NCBI RefSeq assembly: GCF_006345805.1
Contig: NC_043008.1
Coordinates: 30,752,001 to 30,816,000 of the forward strand
Reading direction: 5' to 3'
DNA from: Octopus sinensis
Lineage: Eukaryota
Length of the DNA: 64,000 nucleotides
The position numbers and the translations under genes are program-made. Positions 54,151 to 64,000 of this stretch are shown piece after piece. The notes beneath the pieces are model-generated. The model did not search any database. It was not told the DNA's origin and worked only from the letters and a program-made list of their open reading frames with translations. Numbering within the stretch: the first letter of the stretch is position 1; each line of letters opens with the position of its first letter.

Positions 54151-54314
54151 ATCAGAATGAACATTTAACATTCTACTATTTCATTTTATTTTATTCAATT
54201 ATAATATATTATCTTATAATATATCATTATAAGATTGTAAATAAAACGTGAAAATCAGACAAGGTTGGAATTCCTTTTATTAATATATTCTTCTATACAC
54301 AATCACACACACCC

Positions 54315-54367
<53 letters not shown>

Positions 54368-54651
54368 TATGTATGTAAGTATCCAAAATTAAGGAATGGA
54401 ATAAAGAGAAAAATCCAGGCTACATGTTTCATAACTAGTAGGATCTCAGAAGTAACAATTATCCAAACGAGGGGTAAACTGCCAGCTACTCATCCGGCCA
54501 AAATACCTTAATCAAAAGAAGTTTACACTGTCGTCAAGGGATTCCATGTCGACTCGCAGGGGACTCGACTGTGGATGAATGTGTGTGTTTCTATCAGTCT
54601 ACAATATCCTGGGATCTTACCTTTACATACATACATATATATACACATATG

Positions 54652-54693
<42 letters not shown>

Positions 54694-55227
54694 TGGGGGT
54701 ATGCATTTATGTATGTATCAAAAGCATCAAACTCCTTTCGCAGCCATTGTCACACAACTCCATCTTGTTAGAGACTAGGGCAACTTGAAAATAAAATGTT
54801 TTACCTAAGGAACGCTTCATAATCCTACGATGATGAGTGCAAATCACTAACAGCTAAGAGACGGCTTATACACAAATACACACACACACATATGCATATA
54901 TATATATATATATATGGATGTATCTTTCTCTCTCCCTATATATATATATATATATATTGATATAACGAATTGAGAGTAGCGCTAGTGTTATAACCATTAT
55001 CGATAGCACACTCTCAATGCATGTTTTTTATTTGTTCACCGGTTTGATGCGACATCCTCATTACGCTGGTTGTTAAAACACGAAATATCGGTATCTATCA
55101 CTTCTGGGATTGGAGGAAAGTAACCTTCCACGCCGTGGCACACCAGCAAATGGATTTTAAACCACAGGTGTGTGTTTGCGTGTGTTTGTGTGTGTGTTGT
55201 GTCTGTGTATCTGTGTCTGTGTGTGTG

Positions 55228-55400
55228 TGAAGGCGCATGGCTTCGTGGTTAGTGTATTCGGTCCAAGAACGAAAGGGAATGAGTTCAATTCCGGCGACGC
55301 GTTGTGTCCTTGAGCAAGACACTTTATTTCCCGTTGCTCCAGTCAAAACAGCTGGCAAAAATGGGCAGTACCCATATTTCAAAGTTTCAGCCTTGTCACA
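55228..55400 (+). mobile_element. tRNA-type SINE with CORE-like segment
   Basis: A-box-like tggcttcgtggtt, B-box-like gagttcaattcc, then gtgtccttgagcaagacacttt resembling the MIR/CORE gtgaccttgggcaagtcactt. Confidence 0.6.
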
Positions 55401-55623
55401 CATATATCTAGTTATCCAGTTCCTGTGAGTAAGGGGAGACAACTCTGTGGGTTTTACGCTCTTCAATTGGGATTATCAATTTTTTGAAAAGATAGGATGT
55501 TAATAAACCTTAAATTATAAAATTATCATTTTAGCTTCATTTGCATTATCTTTTTTTATATATAACTGTTTGCTAACTTAACATTCAGATTTTAACACTA
55601 TTTATATTGTTTTCTAATTATAT

Positions 55624-56040
55624 GAGGCGCAGGAGTGGCTGTGTGGTAAGTAGCTTGCTAACCAACCACATGGTTCCGGGTTCAGTCCCACTGCGTGACA
55701 TCTTGGGCAAGTGTCTTCTGCTATAGCCCCGGGCTGACCAATGCCTTGTGAGTGGATTTGGTAGACGGAAACTGAAAGAAGCCTGTCGTATATATGTATA
55801 TATACATATGTATGTGTGTGTGTTTGTGTGTCTGTGTTTGTCCCCCTAACATTGCTTGACAACCGATGCTGGTGTGTTTACGTCCCCGTCACTTAGCGGT
55901 TCGGCAAAAGAGACCGATAAAATAAGTACTGGGCTTACAAAGAATAAGTCCCGGGGTCGATTTGCTCGACTAAAGGCGGTGCTCCAGCATGGCCGCAGTC
56001 AAATTACTGAAACAAGTAAAAGAGTAAAAGAGTAAAGAGT
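55624..56040 (+). mobile_element. Composite SINE (best-preserved copy)
   Basis: ggagtggctgtgtggt (A box), gggttcagtccc (B box), catcttgggcaagtgtctt (CORE-like), (TA/TG)n insert, tail gagtaaaagagtaaagagt. Confidence 0.85.
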
Positions 56041-56100
56041 ATATAAGTTGACATAAACCAATTTATAATTTCTCATCACAACTCCACCATTTATTGATTG

Positions 56101-56156
<56 letters not shown>

Positions 56157-56481
56157 ATGCATGTATTATGTATATATGTAGAGAGAGAAAGAAAGAGAGG
56201 GAGAGAGAGAGAGTGATTCATGAACTGGCTATTCGATTATTCTCTGGTTCGATTCAGGTGCGTGATGTTGATAAGTCACAAGAATGGCGAAATATCGGTA
56301 CCCATCACTCGAAGCGAACAAAGAAACCACATGCATAGAGTATGTACACACACCCACATAAGTAAGAATATAAACGCAAAACAAGGTAATAAAATAATAC
56401 TCGAATGTCAAAGGTCGAGTAATATATTTTTTATTTAAGCCGTTTAAACCGTATAAGTTATATGCATATAAATTCGTATAT

Positions 56482-56526
<45 letters not shown>

Positions 56527-56667
56527 GATAAAGTTAGATTAAATATAGAGATATTCAATTGACAATCCAATAATTTATATTACAATATTATATTAAATAC
56601 AATGAATATAATATATAACATAACACACCCCTTTGAAGGATTTCTTTTCTTTTCCTCAGTTTGTTAT

Positions 56668-56743
<76 letters not shown>

Positions 56744-57140
56744 TATATATTATATATATATATATATATACATATATAGAGAGTGAGTAGGATATATATA
56801 TATATATGGGCGTGTTTTTGCGTGAGTATGCACATGCGTGTACCATTGTTTCATAATAAGAATTATGGATAACCACGCAGTAATAAAGCTAGAGGAAAGC
56901 TGAGGGCAGCTAGCATAGGTTTTTAAATGAGGTATGAGTTATATAAAGTGCATTGACGTCAGTTTCTGCTTCACACGTCAAGGAAGGATATACAATAGTG
57001 AGAGAAAGTAAAGGACATGGGAAGTAGAAAAAGAAGCCGAGAGACTAAAGGAGAAAGAAAGAGAAATCTTAGGTGATGTCTGTGTCAGGGATTAATTTAG
57101 ACGAAGCTCAATGATTTAAAAGTGCCTCAAAACGTCACTA

Positions 57141-58428
57141 TACGTGGGGGAATTTTGCAATATTTTTATTCATTTCATTTTACTTGTTTACACTTTTATC
57201 GCCTTCAAAGTTTTTTCTCTATTTGAAGCGATGCATCACTCCAGACGCGTTTCCGTTGTTCGAAGCAGTCTTACAACTCTTGCGAAGTGTTGCCTTTTAA
57301 CACCTTCGTCGTTTTTTTCTCCATCTCTTCCACACCTGCAAAGCGTTTTCCCTGAAGGTCTTTTTTTCATTCGGTGGAACAAAAAAAAAGATGAAGAGAG
57401 CAAGATCGGATGAATAGCGAGGGTGGGCAAAAGGAGTCATCGTAATTTTGGCCAAAAACTGTCTCACCTACAAGACAGTGTGCGAAGGTGCATTGCCGTG
57501 ATGAGGTGACCACTCTCCGCTTTGCCACGGGTCGGGGCGTTTTCGTCTCATCGTGTCTTGCAAACATTTCAGAACCGCCAAGTAAAATGTCTGGTTAACT
57601 ATTTGACCAGGAGAAACAAATTCTGTATAGAGAATTCTTTTCGCATCGTCTTGACATTGAACTTCACTTGACGCACATTTTGGTGACATTGAATATTTTC
57701 ATTGAATATTTTCATATTGACGTTATTACTGCTTCGTTTCTGGATCGCAGCTGTAGCACCAGCTTTCATCACCAGTGATGACATACGAAAAAACGTTCGG
57801 ATCAACTTCCACTTGTTCTTTCAGTTCACGACACGTATTCAGACGTAACTGCTTTTGATCTTCCGTGAGCAAGCTAGGCACAAATTTTGCTGCATTTCTT
57901 TTCATTCTCAATTCCCCATTCAAAATTCGTCGGGAGGCGCTCCAGGATACACTAGTCATATCAACAAATACATCAACTGTTTGGCGACGGTCCTCCAAGT
58001 TCAGTCATGAATTTTCATAATGTTTTCATTCCTTCGAAAGTTTGACGGTCAGCCTGAGCGAAGTTGGTCTTCAAGCGACCATTAGTAAAGAGTGAAGACT
58101 ACTCGTAATCTTATGCTTTGCTCATAGCAGCGTGCCAGTAAGCTGTTTGAAGCATGACAATTGTTTCTTCCGCCGTTTTCCACAGTAGAAAACAAGATTT
58201 CATGGAAGAACGCTGTACCTTCGTTTCAACCAACGTAAACATCGACGAACGGGGAGAAGCACTGTAAGACAAAGCAGCACCAGGTGGTGGTATGAATTCA
58301 GCCAATGATACCGGTCGGCAGACTAAAGGCTGAGGGTCGCATCAAATGGCTTCTAGCAGCGGAAACCTGAACTACAACGGGTTACCCCCACAGAGAACGA
58401 TTGCTGTTACTTTTGGGTACCCCACGTA
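57141..58428 (-). mobile_element. Decayed mariner element copy 2
   Basis: AAKFVPSLLTEDQKQLR..VITGDESWCY (first catalytic D), HHGNAPSH, PYSSDLAL-like motif; TIR TACGTGGGGTACCCAAAAGTAAC at the right end, partly deleted at the left. Confidence 0.85.
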
Positions 58429-58545
58429 TTTAGACATCTACTAAATTCTACGAATGATAAATGTTTGTATTTAGACAACTACTAAATTCTACGAATGATA
58501 AATGTTTGTATTTAGACAACTACTAAATTCTACGAATGATAAATG
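58426..58545. repeat. 41-bp tandem repeat, ~2.9 units
   Basis: gtatttagacaactactaaattctacgaatgataaatgttt repeated. Confidence 0.95.
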
Positions 58546-59215
58546 GGTGTTGGACTTCGGCAGGGATATGTATTGTCATCTCTCCTTTTCATAATTTTTA
58601 TGAACTGGATATATACGCGGCCTTTGTGAAAATGGGATCACAAGGGGTTGGTATAGGATCGGTCGGCTGATATTTGCAAACGATATTGCACTGCATTGCT
58701 CAAGGGAAGGGGATTTTCAGTATGCAGCGAAGTGTTTCGCTACCCAGTGCTGCAATGTAGGAGTGGGAATTTGTGTTGCAAAGACTGATACATTTGTGCT
58801 CTCAAGAAAGTCTTGCCAGTGAACTTTGCATGTTAGCGGAGCATCAATGATACAAGAAGGGACGTTTAAGTATCACAGTGCCATATTCACATGTGATGGG
58901 AAACTGGAGGCTGAGGTAGAAGCGAAAGAGGGGAGGTTGTGAAAACGCTAAACTCAGCATCTTCGATTCGGTTTGTGAATACGAGCAGCTGAAATGAGGT
59001 TCTTCCGATGGATCTCTGGTATAACATTAGTCAGGAGGGAGCATCTATCGAAAATCAGGGAGTGTGCCTATGGAGAGCCGCTACTTCTCCACATTCATAA
59101 GTCATAGCTCCGGTACTACAGACAAGTGATTAGAATATTGCAGGAAAAAAGTTCCAAGGCGGATCCTTGAAGTTGATCCAGCCGATAGAAGAGCTTAAGG
59201 TAGACCAAGAATTGC
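58546..59215 (+). mobile_element. RTE-clade LINE RT/C-terminal remnant
   Basis: GVGLRQGYVLSSLLFIIFMNWI, RLIFANDIAL, FKY, AAEMRFFRWISG, RILE..RRA*GRPR. Confidence 0.8.
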
Positions 59216-59710
59216 AAGGTTGGTGTATCACTACCATCATCTTTCCTTATCTTTCACCGTGTCGATCACCTCCTTAACCCTCTCTTCACTTATTTCCACT
59301 TCCTTTCTGCCCCTCTCTTTTAACTGCTTTCCCTTCTTACTTCCACTAGTAATTCATATTAATGCATGTTATTATATTTCTCAATACTTCCTACACCCAC
59401 TTAGTATAACTTATACAAACATCTATCTATACAAGTGAATTTTCCGTTTGCCTCTAATCTTCCACCACTTGGTTATCCACTATTTAAACCATTTTGGTTC
59501 TTCAGGGTCGTAATATATATTCAGTCCGGCCTTTAAAAAAGAATATATTCAAACAATTGCACAACTAAAATGCATCAACTGCTTAATAAATAAAATATCA
59601 ACTCTGCATTTATAACGCATGGATTACTTTCTTGATTCATGCTCTTTTCGTTTTATGATCGACATTTATAATGAAAGGAACTACATGTATTCGTATATAT
59701 GTGGATATAC

Positions 59711-59748
<38 letters not shown>

Positions 59749-59752
59749 ATAC

Positions 59753-59797
<45 letters not shown>

Positions 59798-60389
59798 GGC
59801 AGACAGACAGAGGGGCAGACAGAGACAGAGAGACAGAGGTAGAGAGACAGGCACTCAGACAGATAAACAAACAGACATACAGAAATATAAAGACGCACAT
59901 ACAGCACACACGTACATACACTGAGACATACGCATATACTCACCCGTGCACACATACATGCATTTATATGTTTATATGTGTGTGTGTGTGTGTATGTGTG
60001 TGTATGTGTGTGTGTGTGTGTGTGTGTATGTGTGTGTATGTGTGTGTATGTGTGTGTGTGTGTGTGTGGTGTGTGGTAAATTATTTGCATTTTGATTCAT
60101 AGCTTTACCACTTGAATAATTGTTCAGACACGATTACAGAAGATTTTGAATAAATACTGTTTATAGACTTTCAGCTAAAAATTTTTAGATATAGACATTG
60201 CTATTGATTAACACGCATACACTCCAACACATAGACTTAAACACACACGAAGGCATATGCGTGTATATGCGCACGCACGTATGCATATATATATAAATAT
60301 ATATATATGTATGTATGTGTGTGTATGTATGTATATTTATTTATTTATTTATTTATATACATATATATATATATATATTCATATATATG

Positions 60390-60421
<32 letters not shown>

Positions 60422-61069
60422 TGTATGTATGTATGTATTTATGTATGTATGTATGTATTTATGTATGTATGTATTTATGTATGTATGTATGTATGTATGT
60501 ATGTATGTATTTATGTATGTATGTATACGTCTGCGCGTGTGTAACAAGTAATAGAGAATTAGGTAAACGGCAGAGTTAGAACAGAACCGTATAATAAATC
60601 ATATGACGTGACATTTCTGTTTCATTTAACAATCTTTGACAACATCTCGTGTAGACTCTACATATTTCAATGTGTTTATTAGAAATCTTAGTTTCGTTTT
60701 GTGGTCCAGTAAAAATCATGGAAACTTTGAATAGAACGATTTAGCCTATTTGCTTTCTTGTGAGGCTTTCCTTGAATCTCTACAACAAATAATACCCTTT
60801 CAGTCAAGACAAACAGTTTGTTTCGTTTTCAATTATTTCTCTTATCAATTCTTGTGGTAATATTCGAAGAACATACATAAGCTATAAGTAATAGCACGTA
60901 AAATTTGAGTTGCAAAACCTGTTAGATAGAAAAAAGTTTAAGTTAATATTCAGTTACATCATGAAATCGGCATTAAATAACTAAGTATGAATCTTTAGAT
61001 ATGGACAAGAAAAGACAATATCAACTTAATCATAACATTTTAAAATTATTAATATCTGAGACAACTTTC

Positions 61070-61205
61070 TGCCGAAGTTGACTTTGCCTTTCATCCTTTC
61101 AGGGTCAATAAAGTGAGTGCCAGTTGAAAATTGGGGACAATCTAACTGATTTATCCCCTCTTCTGAAATAGCTGGTCTTGTGCCAAAATTTGAAATTTGA
61201 AATCA
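61070..61205 (+). mobile_element. Family Y SINE 3' half
   Basis: gccgaagttgactttgcctttcatcctttc..ggtcttgtgccaaaatttgaa. Confidence 0.65.
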
Positions 61206-62034
61206 ATGTCTGAGGCAACTGCCAGGCATATTCCTGAATTATCTGACCTCTTTAGCATGCCCAGACTTCACTTTAATTGTAGCTGGAGTAATTTGAATGT
61301 CACTAATTTGATGTAGAATATTGGACAGGGGGAGGCGTGGAAATTAAACTTTAGATTGAAATTTATTAATTGATCCCATTTTTTACAATAGTCTTAGAGT
61401 GAACAACTATCTGCTCTCTTCGGTAGCGATCTACTTCCCTTTTTCTCAAATCCAGCTACACATCTGTTCATTCTTTACATCTAAGCACATACATAGATCG
61501 TAGCAGTCGAATTCGTCTGTGATAGGCGCCAGAATTCCCTTATCACTTGATTTGGTCCTTTGGAACTCTCGGGTTATTCGGTGTTTTAACTAGACAGCCA
61601 TGTTAAGTTGAAAATAATGAACGCCTTTTGTTATTAATACTGCTTCCATTGCTAATAATTCATTTTTTTAATAAGCTTGCTGAATATTTGCAACATCAAT
61701 GTCTGAAAAGATGCTGAAATTCTATATAACGTGGCAGCCTGATTTGACTGACACGCGGTAACTCGGTACTTCTTATTCATGGATTTCAATAGAACGAAAT
61801 CACGTTATATGGGAATTCCGGCGCCCATGAGAGATGAATGTCGTCTGCTATGATCTACGTCTGTGTTTTTATGCACTAAGCACTTATATGAGAGGATTTC
61901 TCAAGGCAAATAACGCCGTATTTGGTTCTCTAACAAAGCATCCATGCTTAGCTAAATATAAAGATTACGTACTGGTATTAATACTGCTTCGCTCGCAAAT
62001 AATTAGTTAATATCAGCCGTAGCTGATACGACGA

Positions 62035-62215
62035 CGAGAGTTCCAGTTGATCCGATCAACGGAACAGCCGCTTCGTGAAATTAACGTGCAAGTGGCTGAG
62101 CACTCCACAGACACGTGTACCCTTAACGTAATTCTCGAGGAGATTCAGCGTGACACGGAGAGTTACAACTCTGGGCCTTTGGAACACAGGTACAACAGAA
62201 ACAGGAAGAAAGACT
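62035..62215 (+). mobile_element. Interspersed repeat family V
   Basis: cgcttcgtgaaattaacgtgcaagtggctgagcactccacagacacgtgtacccttaacgta; decayed homolog at ~38440-38580. Confidence 0.5.
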
Positions 62216-62416
62216 GGGAGAAAGTTGTAAGAGAAAGAGTACAGCAATGTTCGCCACTAGCCCCTGCCAGAGCCTCGTGGGGCTTTAGGTGTTTTCGCTC
62301 AATAAACACTCACAACGCCCGGTATGGGAATCGAAGCAGCGATGCCACCTTTATTTTTGATGGGATACTAAGTTTCTTTTTCTTTTTATACAAACTGTAA
62401 AATCTCTTTCCAACAT

Positions 62417-62471
<55 letters not shown>

Positions 62472-62690
62472 ATATATATATATTTATATTTGCGGAGATT
62501 CGTTATAAGTATATTCTTATACCTATAACGAATCTCCTCAAATATTATTTTCATATTCTTATTACCTGTTTTGGCTGATTTTCATGAATATAATGAATCC
62601 TTATTTGAAATCACCTTTTCTTTCTTTTTGGATCCCCCCAAAAGTTTGAATTGTTCTTTTTCAATTTACCTTTTCTTATATATGTATCAT

Positions 62691-62988
62691 ATCTATAAAA
62701 GGGAGGTTGTGTGTGCGTGTGTGTGTGTACGTGATTGTAATTTATGCATATCCACAAATTAGCACGCTTGTCGCTCAAATTTTAGGAGGACATTTGTCAA
62801 CATCCTATCTGGGTTTTGCCAACTTGTTTTATTCCGCGGGCGCCTCGGGAAAAAATAAGTTGACAAAACCCAGATAGGGTGTTGACAAATGTCCTAAAAT
62901 TTGAGCGACAAGCGTGCTAATTTGTGGATGTGCATAAATTACAATCACGTACACACACACATGCACACACATCTTCCGTTTTATAGAT
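62691..62988. repeat. ~300-bp quasi-perfect palindrome centred on GGCGCC (62839-62844)
   Basis: Arms 62691-62830 and 62852-62988 align with about 10 differences; the 21-bp centre is itself self-complementary. Confidence 0.95.
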
Positions 62989-63669
62989 ACGATTACTTTT
63001 TGATGGCGTCTAACAAAAAAAAATAAGATAAAGAAAGTGGAAGATGGAAGCAGAGAGTTTCACGGGAAAGACAAAGTGAGAGAGGGAGAGAGAGAGTAAG
63101 TGACTACGTCCATACAAAATAAAATGTAAAATGTTTTGTCTTTTGTTTTTGAAAGGCACACTATATTTTATAATCATAGTATATATACTTTCTCACACAA
63201 CAATTACCATATATTTATTTTAAATCCCTTATTTATTTTAAATCGTTAATCTTTCTCCCCCTCTCTCTCTCACACACACATTACTTTGGGTGCGAAAGAG
63301 TTTTGTTTTTATTTTACGTCGAGTAAAAAAGTGTTTTGTTGACAATCCATTTATTTAACAACAAAGAAACAAAGAGGTGCGTAACAATTTGTCAGCGAAT
63401 TGCACACTATAAAAGGGTACAATTTGCGAGGTTTCCACCACACCTCATTCCGTTGCACGGACGACAAAAAAGGTTTCGAGGCCAGAGTAGTTGATTCCAT
63501 GCAAAAAAAACGATTTTTTTTCTTAGTGAAAATTGTGTGAGTGTTAATCTACGAATTTATCCATTCATTTCTGTTTATGAACATGTATGCGTGCACAAAA
63601 CATGCAATAGGTGTACGTACGTACGTGTCTGTATGTGTGTTCGTGTCTGTTGCCCATATATATATATAT

Positions 63670-63765
<96 letters not shown>

Positions 63766-63887
63766 CTAATTTCAACGGATTTCGCCCAAATTTGACGTCT
63801 ATATTACTTAGTTTGGTTTGAAATAAATAACTTGATTAGCTTAATAATCGTAACTTAATCCCGGGCAAGGCCGGGTTATACTTCTAG
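62692..63887 (+). mobile_element. Non-autonomous Helitron-like element
   Basis: A|TC 5' end (62691/62692); 3' hairpin CCCGG-gcaagg-CCGGG then CTAG|T at 63884-63888; no TSD. Confidence 0.7.
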
Positions 63888-64000
63888 TAAATATATATAT
63901 GCATATATGGGTACAGGACGTCACAAAACATAAACAACATGAAATACGAAGACAAACTTTTTTATGCTAACAACGAGAGAAACTAATGGAAAACAAGACA

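Larger units (their letters stand above)
53076..54290 (+). mobile_element. 5'-truncated Penelope-like element
   Basis: GIY-YIG ORF followed by a non-coding tail with ccaatcag repeats, a hammerhead relic and AATAAA near 54240. Confidence 0.7.

Noticed and set aside
58426-58545. Direct repeats considered as a CRISPR-like array
   Set aside because: Units are contiguous with no unique spacers, and the context is eukaryotic
59190-59212. CTTAAGGTAGACCAA resembling the R2 target in 28S
   Set aside because: It lies in frame in the RTE C-terminal RRA*GRPR motif and has no flanking rRNA homology

Overview
AT-rich, microsatellite-dense eukaryotic non-genic DNA. The repeat landscape resembles octopus/cephalopod genomes (inference from recalled repeat families, not a database hit). 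No host protein-coding exon could be supported, and most ORFs in the track are microsatellite artefacts. The window is a transposon pile-up. It holds about 12 copies, from at least 5 families, of R4/Dong-type non-LTR retrotransposons with a restriction-like endonuclease (RLE), nested in (TAA)n-type tracts. One of them is a full-length copy (15945-19615, minus) with only three disabling lesions. Also present: two Penelope-like (GIY-YIG) remnants, two mariner remnants, two Helitron-like elements, a Helentron/HINE, RTE, Tx1-like and Chapaev-like fragments, many tRNA-type SINEs, and a 28S rRNA fragment that begins at the R2 target site. The most striking non-coding finding is a ~313-bp near-perfect palindrome (9908-10220) whose arms carry a type I hammerhead ribozyme with an intact catalytic core. 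Degenerate hammerhead-like relics also flank both Penelope-like elements. A second ~300-bp palindrome forms the 5' end of a Helitron-like element.
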